This document shows, one piece after another, positions 42,286-54,525 of a DNA stretch of 64,000 bases. The translations under genes and the position numbers were made by a program. The notes beneath the pieces are model-generated. The model ran no database searches. It was not told the origin of the DNA and saw only the letters and a list, made by a program, of their open reading frames with translations. Source of the DNA: Octopus sinensis (taxonomy: Eukaryota); assembly GCF_006345805.1 (NCBI RefSeq), contig NW_021835437.1, forward strand, positions 1 through 64,000, given 5' to 3'. Position 1 is the stretch's first letter, and every line of letters begins with the position of its first letter.

Positions 42286-42319
<34 letters not shown>

Positions 42320-42445
42320 TCACACATATATAGTATCTATATATATATATGTATATATATTTGTGTATGTGCCTGTATGTGTGTATATGTAAGCGCACAT
42401 ATACATAACTAAGTATTGTATAAGCATATATATATCTATATATAA

Positions 42446-42495
<50 letters not shown>

Positions 42496-42499
<4 letters not shown>

Positions 42500-42860
42500 T
42501 GTGTGGTAAGTAGCTTGCTTACAAACTACAAGGTTCCGGGTTCAATACCACTGCATGGCAACTTGGGCAAGTGTCTTCTACTATAGCCTCGGGTCGACCA
42601 AAACCTTGTGAATAGGTTTAGTAGACGGAAACCGAAAGAAGTCTGTCATATGTGTGTGTGTGTTTGTCCTCCACTAGCGCTTAACAACCGATGCTGGCGT
42701 GTTTACGTTCTCGTAAATTAGTAGTTCGGCAAAAGAGATCGATGGAATATATACTAGGCTTACAAAGAATAAGTCCCGGGTTCGACTTGTTCAACTAAAA
42801 CGGCGATGCTCCAGCATGGCCGCAATCAAATGACTGAAAGAATTAAAAGAATAAAAGAAT
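42496..42860 (+). mobile_element. SINE family A, full length
   Basis: Head, short (TG)n linker, and 3' half ending aaatgactgaaagaattaaaagaataaaagaat. Confidence 0.93.
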
Positions 42861-43019
42861 ACAGACATATACTAACTACAAATACATGTTTATATAAATC
42901 ATCATTATTGTCAGGATCTTCAGCGTCATCAATGTTTTCATCACCATCGGCATCATCACACGAAAGATCACATTTACAACTGCAGTAACGAAAATATTTA
43001 AACTAGATATTCAAAATCG

Positions 43020-43254
43020 ACAGTGGTAATAACCGGAAGCACCACACACACACTCACATTACAGATCGCCACACCACAACCCCGCTAAGAACAACTATAT
43101 CAACAACACTCCCGTCGTTACAACCATTATTAATACCAAACACAAAACCCGCCATCATTACCACACCATCGCCATTAATAAAACCCAACGCCACTAATAT
43201 GACCACGCCATTTTCCACAAACACGGCCACAACCACTACAAACATTATCATCAC

Positions 43255-43301
<47 letters not shown>

Positions 43302-43370
43302 CATCATCATCATCGTTATCATCATCATTATCATTACGACGACCAAAGACATCACTCCCATCATCGCCAT
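43020..43370. repeat. (ACC/AAC)-rich tract ending in (CAT)n
   Basis: Read directly from the sequence. Confidence 0.85.
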
Positions 43371-43753
43371 GAATAAAAGTGTCACGCCTTATTCAAATAA
43401 CAACGTTATACTGACTATGATAATGAGCTCCAACCGAACCTCGTCGATTACGCCCACATCACCAGCAGTCAACACAGTGTCAGCATTATTGGCTCGACTT
43501 AATTTCTTACGAAATACAATCAGGTAAAAAAAGCATTTATTGTTTTATGAAAAATGCTGAAGTCAAGCTAACAAGACAAGGACCTATATTGATGTGCGTC
43601 CATATGTGTGTGTGTGCGTGGTTGTGTATGGGTGTGTATGTATATATATGTGTGTCTGTGTGTATAAATATTAATATATATATTATATATATATATACAC
43701 ACATAGATATAACAAATATATACATATACACACACACACATACACACACAAAA

Positions 43754-43802
<49 letters not shown>

Positions 43803-44087
43803 TATATATGTATGTGTGCATGTGTAGGCATGTGTGTATATTGACATAAACGCATGCGTATTGGTGTGTTTGCACTAATATATAAGTGGAAGTCTATATT
43901 TACGCTCATATCTGTGTATGCACACAAATATATATATATATATATATATATATTTACATGCATATGTATGTATGTAATTTACATACATTTACATCATATG
44001 TGTTTATCTATGCACACACACACACACAATACATACGTAAATAATATATATATATATATATGTAATATATATATATGTACATATGTA

Positions 44088-44199
<112 letters not shown>

Positions 44200-44223
44200 C
44201 TATATCTATATATTATATATATA

Positions 44224-44263
<40 letters not shown>

Positions 44264-44780
44264 GGAATTGTGTCACAAAGAGAGAAGTGAATGGGTAGTA
44301 GAAGAAGCGCTAGGATACATACGCATACATTCATACAAACAGGCAATAATACAGGCTCGCAAACATGCAAATACACAGTACGACACACATACCGACAGAG
44401 AGTCAGCAGCTCAAAATACAGACAAATAGAAATACAGAGATACAGAGAGATAGATAGAAAGAAAAACATAGAATGAGAGAGAAGGAAAGAAAGAGGAAGA
44501 TGACAGTATGTTGAACGGATATTGATAAACCAGCATAATCTGATATTAATCAATACTGCATTAAAAAAGAAACGATGTGTTTTTCTTCTTCATCGGAAAC
44601 TAACAAATAACAGAAAAATATAAACGATGATGACAATATCACATTGTTCATCGTAGGATATTAATAATATTGGCATAGGCTTGCCTGATATGTCAATATC
44701 CCCCTTGTAGGATATTGCTAGTCGTTGATATGATTGGAAATTAACCAAGACACAATAAACACAGGAAGAATATACGTATA

Positions 44781-44813
<33 letters not shown>

Positions 44814-44821
44814 GTGGTGTG

Positions 44822-44858
<37 letters not shown>

Positions 44859-45292
44859 ATTGTGTGTGCGTGTGTTTGCACATGTATTTATCTGCGTATA
44901 TATGTATATGTATACACACACACATATATATATGCTATATATTCCATTATATGCTTATATATATATATTAATATTCGTTTATATGCTTATATACTTAAAT
45001 GCATTTTCATACTTGTATTGATACATGTGCGTGTATATCCGTGTATGTATGTTTGTGTGTATGTGCGTGTGTGTGTGCGTGTGTGTATAATTAATATTAA
45101 GATTCAATACGAAGTTTGGTACTTCAACAGGCAGACGCCAGAAAGGGCCAGGCACATTAACCTAAGGTTCACAATGATGCTAGCAAAAACGAGGTTATCA
45201 AGTGTTGGTAAAATACTATAGATATGTAACTTCCAAATCCAAGTAAAATGAAATCCAAGGTAAAACAGTATGGTTCCGAATATGGCGTATGA

Positions 45293-45342
<50 letters not shown>

Positions 45343-45347
<5 letters not shown>

Positions 45348-45598
45348 ACTCAGAACTAGTGCTTGCATGGGTATGAGTAAGTATTTCACTTATATCTCGC
45401 GTATTTGCCGCTGAAGAGGTGGAAATTTCTTATTAATTAACCCCGAAATTGGACCAATACGGTAATAACGAATTTAATAGAGATTTCTATCGGTTTGTTT
45501 CGAGACGCATAAATTATAATGGTTATTGAAAAGTTTTGTCTTTTTTCCGGCATATTTGACATTAGGATTTTTCTTTTGCCCTTATCTTGAAAATTATA
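45343..45598 (+). mobile_element. ~255-bp HHR-containing element (PLE pseudo-LTR-like) inside (TA)n
   Basis: Non-microsatellite segment bounded by (TA)n on both sides, containing the HHR at 45405-45465. Confidence 0.7.
45405..45465 (+). ncRNA. Type I hammerhead ribozyme motif
   Basis: Stem I ttgccg/cggtaa; CTGAAGA 45411-45417; stem II ggtgg../cccc; GAAA 45445-45448; near-palindromic stem III attgg-a-ccaat; triplet ATA (after 45459). Confidence 0.82.
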
Positions 45599-45599
45599 C

Positions 45600-45630
<31 letters not shown>

Positions 45631-45640
45631 ATATATATAT

Positions 45641-45822
45641 AGTTAATCCAAACAAGAAAGAACAAAAAACAGAACAACGCGAGGACGTGGAGCAAATATA
45701 GTATTATTGGACGCTCAGGAAAGAAAGAACGAAGGAGGGCTTAACGTTTCGAGCGGAGCTCTTCGTCGGAAAAATAGGAGAAGGAAAGATCCAGAGAAGG
45801 GAAAACAGGGAAGACGCGGTAT
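45641..45822 (-). mobile_element. PLE pseudo-LTR-like fragment with a variant minimal HHR (45739-45773)
   Basis: Reverse complement reads ttt CCGACGA a gagc-tcc-gctc GAAA cgtt aag: a U4C core variant with palindromic aacgtt. A tail follows, ending at (TA)n. Confidence 0.6.
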
Positions 45823-45872
45823 GCATAAATACACACACTAGTACACATGCGCAGACAAGCATGCTTACTTAC

Positions 45873-46110
45873 ACTCTTGTGCTTTGAAATGGAAACACCC
45901 AGGATTCGACTGATGCAATCCTCCATTTCTACTCTGATTTTGATATATATATATGCATAATTCCTTCTTATCAGTCTCATATCACTCTCCATCTCAGCAT
46001 TTAGATAGATTCTCTGCTGCGAATCAACAGCTACGATATTTTGTGCAATTATTGTCTACCAATAATATTTTGAGATACCGACGAAAGAAGATAATTTTTG
46101 CACAAATCAT
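45873..46110 (-). other. Candidate exon (splice-site-bounded, not cleanly coding)
   Basis: Acceptor gttatttcag and donor gtaagt; every frame contains stops. Confidence 0.25.
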
Positions 46111-46494
46111 CTGAAATAACTTCAAGAAACTCGCGTATTAAATTCATTCAAAATATCATCCTTTGGTTTTGTGAGTATTCTTATATAGATATATATAGGA
46201 TTCCATGCGCCCTACAGTTGAGGTTAAAGCTGAAAGCAGATTACCATCATCCAGTCACCTTCTGGTAAAGTGGTGTGAACACATTTATATTTAGCAGAAT
46301 TATTGATTATGTTGTGCACCTTGTATTTATTTTACTTTTATCTATGTGTGTGTGTGTATGTGTGTAAGTGAATGCTCAGGTAAGTCTGTGTTTTTCTGCG
46401 TTGTCTGTGCATATCAGTGTTTATGTCCGTGCGTGAGTGTGTGTGTTTCTATATCTCTATATTTCTATTGTATCTGTGTTTGAGTCTGCGTCTT

Positions 46495-46539
<45 letters not shown>

Positions 46540-47264
46540 ATGAGTGTGTGTGTGTGTATGTATGTATATATATATACACTCATATACACACACACTCACA
46601 TACACACATATATATATATATCGTTCTTATTCACCAGACGAACAGCTAGGATACTCATCGTGGAAACCGACGTTATCTTACGATACGTGTGCAATTGTGT
46701 GTGTATTTGTGTGTGTGCGGTTGTGTGTTTGTTATACTAGTGTGTGTGTGTGTATGCAAGTGAATGGGCAAAAATAGCCCGTTTTTCTAAGGTAAATTGA
46801 GAGAACTAATAAGTTCGTATGACGTAGAAAATCCCACGTATATGTACTCACGCACCCTCACACACACCCGAATACATCCCAGCATGCACATATGCGTACA
46901 CTACACACACAGACACACACACACACATGCACGCACACATACAGTCTAATCAGACTATCACCATATTTATTTCTAGACACCAAAGATGGAAATGTCTGAC
47001 AGATAGTTGAAGCGTGGCAACAGAATAATTTGGGACAGACTTAAGGGAAATGGTGCAACGGGAACAACCGAAGCGAAGAGAGGTCATGGCACTTCCACAG
47101 TAAATCAATGGTTGCTTAAAGATTGTATTCTCGGTTTACTCACAGACGGCGGTAATATTTCATGAAACTTGGAACTTGCCAGAAAATGTTCACTAAGATT
47201 AATAGGGTCTCCAGAGTTCGCTTGTCGACCAGACTGGTGTTAAATATTTTATGATATATATATG

Positions 47265-47267
<3 letters not shown>

Positions 47268-47303
<36 letters not shown>

Positions 47304-47371
47304 GAAGAAGAGAAGAAGAAGAAGAAGAAGAAGAAGACGAAGAAGAAGAAGAAGAAGAAGAAGAAGAAGAA
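47268..47371. repeat. (AAT)n(GAA)n compound microsatellite
   Basis: Read directly from the sequence. Confidence 0.97.
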
Positions 47372-48297
47372 TGATATATATATATATATATGAACATATA
47401 TACTTAAATTCATACAATCTTACATACATACGTACGCACGTAGGAACATCCATCCATCCATGCATCCATACACACATATACATACATACATACATACATA
47501 CATACATACATACATACATACATACATACATACTTATGTACGTACATAACTATGTGTGTGTGTTTGTGTGTAGAGGAGTGTTGAGATAAGTTTGACTATT
47601 ATTCATGTCTCCTTTTTTTAGAACCGCTTAATGAATTGGTGAACAGTCAACCGCGTTGCTGAGCATAAACTTTAAAGTGGAGGTTGAGATATAGGTTGCT
47701 GAGATGGACGACAAGAAGCCATCTGAATATCGGAACAGTTATTGGGATTATTATGATTCGCGGCTGGAATCGAAACGACAACCTCATGACTGATGTTCAC
47801 TTCTCTGTGACATGGACAGCTGCAACGGAGAAGATAAAGCCCTAGCCAGCATGAAATGGCACTTCAAATAACGACCCATTTGATAAGGATACATAAGGCA
47901 CGTGCATCACAACCATTTGTGCACGACATGATAAATTTTTTTTCAGATTGAGTGGCTCATCCATTAAAAAGATCCCTGAATAAGGTTTATTTAAGGATTT
48001 ACGGATGAACGAAACACCCATGTTTCCAATGATGAATTAACCAAACCCCAAAGAATTCCTCTCAACACATGGCTATAATGCTCTCCCACTACTTCTGCTC
48101 GTGATCAGAGATGCACATATCGTCAGCCACTAAGGGACATGGTCAACTGGTTAAGGTCAAACAACTGAGAAGCAAATCTGTGATGTTGAGCAGAATATTT
48201 GCTGTAGCCCATGTTTTATACCAAGACAAAACAATGTATATGATAACACTTCCAATCATTTAAGATCAGAAGCCATGAAGCCACTACCTGGTACTAT

Positions 48298-49600
48298 ATT
48301 ATTATTATATGTTTGACTTTTGCTTTGCATTCGTACAAGTTGATTCCAAGTTTTACCCAGAGACTTCAAGAGGCAACAAGCTAGAAGTTCAAGTTGGTGT
48401 TATGGCTATGGTGTCATACATTTAATTTTGTACGTAGTAATGTTCTAGAGAATGTTTAAGAAATCATAAGAAAATCATAAGTCTGTTTTAAAATTTGAGA
48501 TTACATTAACAGTATTTTACATTAACAGGTATTGTTTTAGTCTTGAGGTTCCACATTTTGCCAATCTCTATTTCAAGATCGTTATACTTGCTCAGTTTTT
48601 GGTAGGTCTTCACAGATACATTTATGCTGACTAGGACAGTCATCTGAATGAGGAGGCATTACTTTTGTCTGAAGTCTTTCAATTTTATGCCTGGCCTATT
48701 CGCATCTAGCATTCTGTCAGTTTGAACGGGGAAGATCTAGAGGAGTAAGATGTGATCATTTCCAAGCACCGGAAGTGATTAGTGTTTCCACCAGTTTTTT
48801 ATCATGGAGCAGGTCCATCCTTTTGCAAATTACCCAGTGAATATGCTGTGCAGCTCTACGATGCCTGTTGAGATACTGTGTATAAGCATCTGGAGACAGC
48901 ATGATCAATGGCTTTATTTTGTTGTTTACACAGCCGACATCTTGTGCTACAGTCGTTCTTTAATATGTTGGCCAGGTAGCTCCTTGTAGGTACGCATTGA
49001 TCTTGGGCAGCTATAATAAACCCTTCTGTTTCTGATTTTAAGCGAGAAGATACTAACCATTGATGGGTAAAGGCTTTGCCAAAATCGGCATTATTCGCTC
49101 TCTTTGGGTATTTGCTATTGAGAGGTTTTTCTTGCCATTTATCAGTAAGAGTATCTAAGGCAGCAGTTTTAGCACGGGTTTTCATACGCTTAGCTTTTTC
49201 TGTGCTTGTTTTCAGTACGTCTAATTCTGGGATTTCTTGTATTTGGAATTCACTTAGATATTCCTTTGCTTCTTTTGTTACTGAGTATGATGCTTTCTTG
49301 TTTTCATTCTTTGAGACAAGTTTTAACATCTAGTCATCAGTTTTTCAGGTAAGCATTTAGGCCAATTGTGGAAATCTTCATTGGTAATTCCAGTTGTAAA
49401 AGTCCACAGCCAGCCTCTTTTCTTGGCAGATAAAGTCGTTCTATATCTGCCTTAGGGTGGTGCATTCTATCCATTGTCAGCAGTTTTCGTATTTTTCTGT
49501 CAAGATTACATATTTCAGTAATTGACCAGTTAACGATATTGAAACTGTAAGTCACGACAGGTATGGCTAAAGCATTGATCGCTTCGATCCTGTTTCTCGC
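48298..49600 (-). mobile_element. 5'-truncated R4/Dong-like non-LTR retrotransposon (restriction-like endonuclease type) between (TAA)n tracts
   Basis: LDRKIRKLLTM..HHPKADIERLYLPRKEAGCGL; LKSETEGFIIAAQDQ; CRLC..H..C zinc knuckle; degenerate NRP(D)..KLSKY endonuclease motifs. (ATT)n at both ends; several stops. Confidence 0.88.
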
Positions 49601-50058
49601 ATTATTATTATTATTATTGTTGTTGTTGTTGTTGTTGATGTTATTATTATTATTATCATCATCATCATTATCATCATCATAGTTGTTGTCGTTGTCGCCG
49701 TCGCCGTCATCATCATCATCATCATGGTATTTATATTATCTTTCTTCAGCTTCTACGTCGTCTTCATCTTCTTCCCTTCTTTCCCCTTCCCCTCCTCATC
49801 CCTCTCCTCCTCCACCCCCTCCGATCGTCATACTTCCTAATCTTCAATTTCTTCTTCTTCTTCATATTCTCTCGAATATTCCTCTTGTGTCGTGCACATG
49901 TTAGCCTCTTTCGCCATTGTTGTTTTTGTTGCTGCTGTTGTTGTTCGTGGTGTTGCAGTTGTTGCTGTAGTAGTAATTGTTGTTGTTGTGTAATCTTTGA
50001 ATTCTTTCTTCTCCAATGCTGCCAACAATGACCAATAAGCATCATTAGAATTCTATAG

Positions 50059-50072
50059 GTTGCTATGGTAAC
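50059..50072. promoter_or_regulatory. RFX X-box-like motif
   Basis: GTTGCTATGGTAAC fits the RFX palindromic consensus and lies in a locally CpG-containing unique segment. Confidence 0.5.
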
Positions 50073-50360
50073 GGTCCGTCGTACAAGAACAGCTGCCGCT
50101 CACTCGACTCTTTGCATCGCAGCAGACGCTTTCCTTCCTATGTTTCACTCTTTTTCTCTTCTAAGATATTTTGTCTCTCTCTACACGTAGCTCGGTGTAA
50201 TTGTGTGTGTATGGGAATGTTACTGCGCGCGCACGTGTGCGTATGTATGTGTGTATGCATGCATGCATGTATGTATGTGTGTGGGTGCATATATATGTGT
50301 GTGTGTGTATGTGTGTGTTTAGGTGTATTGTGGGTGTGTGTGTGTGTGTGCATGTGTATA

Positions 50361-50414
<54 letters not shown>

Positions 50415-50444
50415 AGATAGAAACAGAGAGAGAGATCATATTGA

Positions 50445-50660
50445 TTAAGTGTTTCAGTCATTGGAGTGCGGTCATCCTGTAGGATATAGTCGAACCATTC
50501 GACAGCATACTTGGTCTGGCACTAATTCCATCGGTGTTTTTTGCCGAACCACTAGGGATATGACATAGTAGAAGTTATTTACCGAAGGTTCCACGCAATG
50601 GGAGTGAACCCGGAACCCTGTAGTTTGGAAGAAAACGTCTTATCATTTAGCGGCAACTGC
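50445..50660 (-). mobile_element. SINE family A, degenerate and internally deleted
   Basis: gtttcagtcattggagtgcggtcat..ttttgccgaacc..gggagtgaacccggaacc. Confidence 0.7.
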
Positions 50661-50746
50661 TACTTGATAGATACATGCATGTGCGCGCGCGCGTGTGTGA
50701 ACCAGTGTGTTATATGATGATATTGATATTACGACTACACACTTGC

Positions 50747-50807
50747 CTTCCTCAATCATCAGACAAAGTTGGTCATGGTTTTTGTTTTCCGATTTATTAT
50801 CGGACAT
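50747..50807 (-). CDS. Candidate first coding exon of an unidentified gene (MSDNKSENKNHDQLCLMIEE, phase 1)
   Basis: ATG in aaactATG context, non-repetitive open frame, ending at AG|GCAAGT (GC-type donor). No homology recognised. Confidence 0.3.
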
Positions 50808-51596
50808 AGTTTCTGGCGTCGCATTACGAGTTTCAACAAAGTTTTCAGTGGATATTTCACTCCAAGTTAATACTGAATTTTGTTGATACAAGTTATATAT
50901 ACAAATGTATTGCGTTGATAAGAATCAAGTCGGTGAAGTTTACGTTTGTTGGCAACATTGGAGAAGAAAGAATTCAAAGATTACAGAAGTTTACCCTTGT
51001 GGAAATTGTTTTAAAATATTGTAAACTCAAGAATGTCTACGAATACAAAAGGATTAGAAAGAACGTGTGTGAATATTGTAGTTTAAATTCTTAAGTATTT
51101 CACTGGTGGTGTTGTAATATTGTGGTGTTAAAGGTGATACTTACATAAGTGCAAGCATTTAGTGAAGTATTTTTACAAACATTACATTCGGTAAAGACAT
51201 TTGTGATGAAATATATTCGCCGAAAATCTATAATTTATTAACCTTAAATCAGCGGAGAACTTATTCACTCTACAGTCATAAAAACATGCCATTGTCTCTA
51301 AAGACAAAATATTTGTGAATCTGTATATGCGTATCGAAGTATCCGTATGTATGCAAGTGGAATGGTGCTGAACATGTACATGATTGGTTCTGTCTCTATA
51401 ATTATATTATTCTATTCTTTTACTCGTTTCAGACATAATAAATTTCTTTAAGTGTTAACGGTTCCCAGAAGAAACGTAAATATAACGGTAAAAACAGGGA
51501 GATAAGCGAATCTATCACACACACACACACACGCACACACACGCACATACACATACATCATACACACACACAAAAGTGTGGGTGTGTGGGTGTGTG

Positions 51597-51872
51597 AAGG
51601 TGCGTCACCCGGTGGTTAAAGCGTTGCACTCACGAAATTAAGATCGTAGTTTCAATTCCCACATCAGCTGCACATTGTGTTTTGAGCTAAACAGTTCATT
51701 TCACGTTGCTGCAGTTCACTCAAATGCAGACTGATAACTTTGCGCCAATCAGAAGGAGTGTTGAACACGTGGTCTAGCCAATGGCGTAGCATCATTTATA
51801 AAGCTAAAACGATGAAAAGTGCATTTTGACCAGCGATATATGAAAAGCTCCCATTGACTGGTCGATCCCTGA
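51597..51872 (+). mobile_element. SINE family C
   Basis: aaggtgcgt..gtggttaaagcgttgcactcacga..gtttcaattccc head, then ttgagctaaacagttcatttcacgttgctgcagttcactc. Confidence 0.75.
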
Positions 51873-51949
51873 ATTACGAGATTTAGAATAAATATTTGTA
51901 TTATATATGTGTGTGCGTGTGTGTACACATATGTATATATACATATGCA

Positions 51950-51993
<44 letters not shown>

Positions 51994-52198
51994 TATATAT
52001 ATTAATATATATATATATATATAAACTTTTGTATGTTTCAGTGACTGGAATGCCACCACCCTGCCCAGTGCCTTGCAGCTTTTTAACCGGGGAAATCTTA
52101 TTTTCTAAACTTAGCCTACTACTCCATCGAACTCCATTGTCACACTGGCAACATCGATTATCAAATTCTCAATTGTATGCATGTAAATATACATATAC

Positions 52199-52262
<64 letters not shown>

Positions 52263-52887
52263 ATGAATACATACATGCATGCACGCACGCACACACATAG
52301 ATATAAATTACTACTCATGCTTCTTGAAATTAATCAATTTTCTAAAATGCATAAATAACTGCAAAATATAAAGCGCATACGTTACGCTTAAGAACCATAG
52401 TGAGTTGGTGAGTTATGATGCGTGCGTGCGTACGTACCTGTATGTGTATGTGTGTTACTAAGAATCCTTGCACAAGACTGAAATAAATCAGGAGTGGTAG
52501 ATCAAGGAAATGATTGTTTTTGCTACGAGCGATTCTGTTTTACGAAGTCTTTATGTTTATTATATTTCCCAGCCTTACTGTCTGTGTTTTAACTCTCATT
52601 TGCTAATCTCTTCTCTCTTGCAGTGACTATCTCTCGACCTATCTTTCAGTCTGCACATCTCACGATTTATCTATTTATTTGTTTATTCATTTATGTGTCT
52701 GTTTTTTCTGCCTGCCTGTGTATATGTATTAAATAAGATTTCACTTTGACTCTCTTTTCTTCTCCCTTTGAATCAGCTAATATTGAACTACGCCTCTCTG
52801 TGTATGAGCATATATAAATATATAGATGTGTGTGTGTGCATGCACATATCTATACTATATATATACGCGTATATAATATTATATATA

Positions 52888-52946
<59 letters not shown>

Positions 52947-52951
<5 letters not shown>

Positions 52952-53177
52952 CTTTACTATCACAAGGGTTAAACACAGAGGGGACAAACCAAGGACAGAC
53001 AAACGGATTAAGAAGATTACAATCAACCAGTGCGTAACTGGTACTTAATTTATCGACCCCGAAAGGATGAAAGGCAAAGTCGACCTCGGCGGAATTTGAA
53101 CTCAGAACGTAACGGCAGACGAAATACGGCTACGCATTTCGCCCGGCGTGCTAACGTTTCTGCCAGCTCGCCGCCTT
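52947..53177 (-). mobile_element. SINE family B, full length, inserted in (TA)n
   Basis: Close reverse-complement match to 3074-3289, including the segment deleted in that copy. Confidence 0.93.
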
Positions 53178-53944
53178 ATATATATATATATACATACACA
53201 TACGCACAGACGAAAGCGTACATATATTTATATACAGATAGACACATAGAATTCTCTATGGAACGTGATCGACGAACAAGTGCCTACGTGGAATGATTGT
53301 GTGGATATAATTAATAAAATGTCTGTGTGTTCTAGACGTTGTATATGGTATGCTAGCTAGCAGGACTTTAACGTAGCCATCATGTATCAGATGATGGTTA
53401 CAATATAGAAAGCTAGATAGCAATCAGTACACGTCACATGACTATTTGCGCATTCAACGCATCACTTATATTCCCATAGACAAGTCAAGCTAAAAATTAT
53501 AGCAATTCTCTTTTCTCTTCTCTCATTGTCTGTCTATGTCTCTCTCTTTCTTTCACACTCTATCACACACCCGCGCACACACCCACAAACACAGAAACAC
53601 ACTCATATCAACAGATACATACAAATGCTCATACGCACACAGACGCAAAGTGGTTTTCGAAAGAGAAAAACAAAGAATTGTACAATTATGTATATGCATA
53701 CAAGCACATTTACATTAATGTGTGTGTGTGTGTGTGTGCGTGCGTATGTGTATGAGTTCATGTTAATGTATGTATAGCGATAGATAGACAACTATATACA
53801 AGATGGAAAGGTATATATGTATGGATGTGTGTAATGGTTGAGACTATATGGATATATTTACATATATGTACACACACACACACACACACACACCACACAC
53901 ACACATATATATATATATACATATGTGTGTGTGTATTTTATTAT

Positions 53945-54150
53945 TTTATTATTTTAATTGTTTCAGTCATTTGAGTGTGGCCATGCTGGAGCACCGCAGT
54001 TAGTCGAGCAAATGAACACAGGACTTAATCTTTGTAAGCCTAGTGCTTATTCTATCGGTCTCTTTCTCCGAACCACTAAGTTATGGGGATGTAAACGCAC
54101 CAGCATCGATTTCCAAATGATGATGTTGGGTGGACAAACACAGATACACA
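53945..54150 (-). mobile_element. SINE family A, 3' half
   Basis: tgtttcagtcatttgagtgtggccatgctggagcacc...ccgaaccactaagtta. Confidence 0.87.
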
Positions 54151-54166
54151 AACATTTACACACGCT

Positions 54167-54234
<68 letters not shown>

Positions 54235-54459
54235 ATCCCTCCTTAATGGAGTGAGCAAATTCTTTTACATCAATTTACAATTGTTTCATCAACATTCGAC
54301 CTGGAAAATGTTGCTATATTATTGTATGACATGTTTCACTATGGATTTCTCGAGGGATTTGCGGTGGATCATTCTATGATCTTGATCATTTGTCAATTAC
54401 TATGAATGCTAGAATGGAGAATTATTAATTTTATTTTATTCCTATTTTTCCTCTTTCAG

Positions 54460-54525
54460 AGCTTTTATTGTTTTATTTTCATGGTTCACGCAAGTAGTGA
54501 CACGGGAATTGTGATCGAGATCCAG
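54460..54525 (+). other. Candidate 66-nt exon (open in phase 0: SFYCFIFMVHASSDTGIVIEIQ)
   Basis: Long polypyrimidine acceptor ..tttttcctctttcag and donor CAG|gtgcgt. Confidence 0.35.

Larger units (their letters stand above)
49989..50985. repeat. 40-bp inverted repeat pair in unique sequence
   Basis: 49989-50028 (tgtaatctttgaattctttcttctccaatgctgccaacaa) is the reverse complement of 50946-50985 with one mismatch. Confidence 0.92.

Noticed and set aside
47790-48297. Non-microsatellite segment next to the Dong-like element as an exon
   Set aside because: Stops occur in the frames examined; probably an unclassified interspersed repeat that cannot be assigned from sequence alone.
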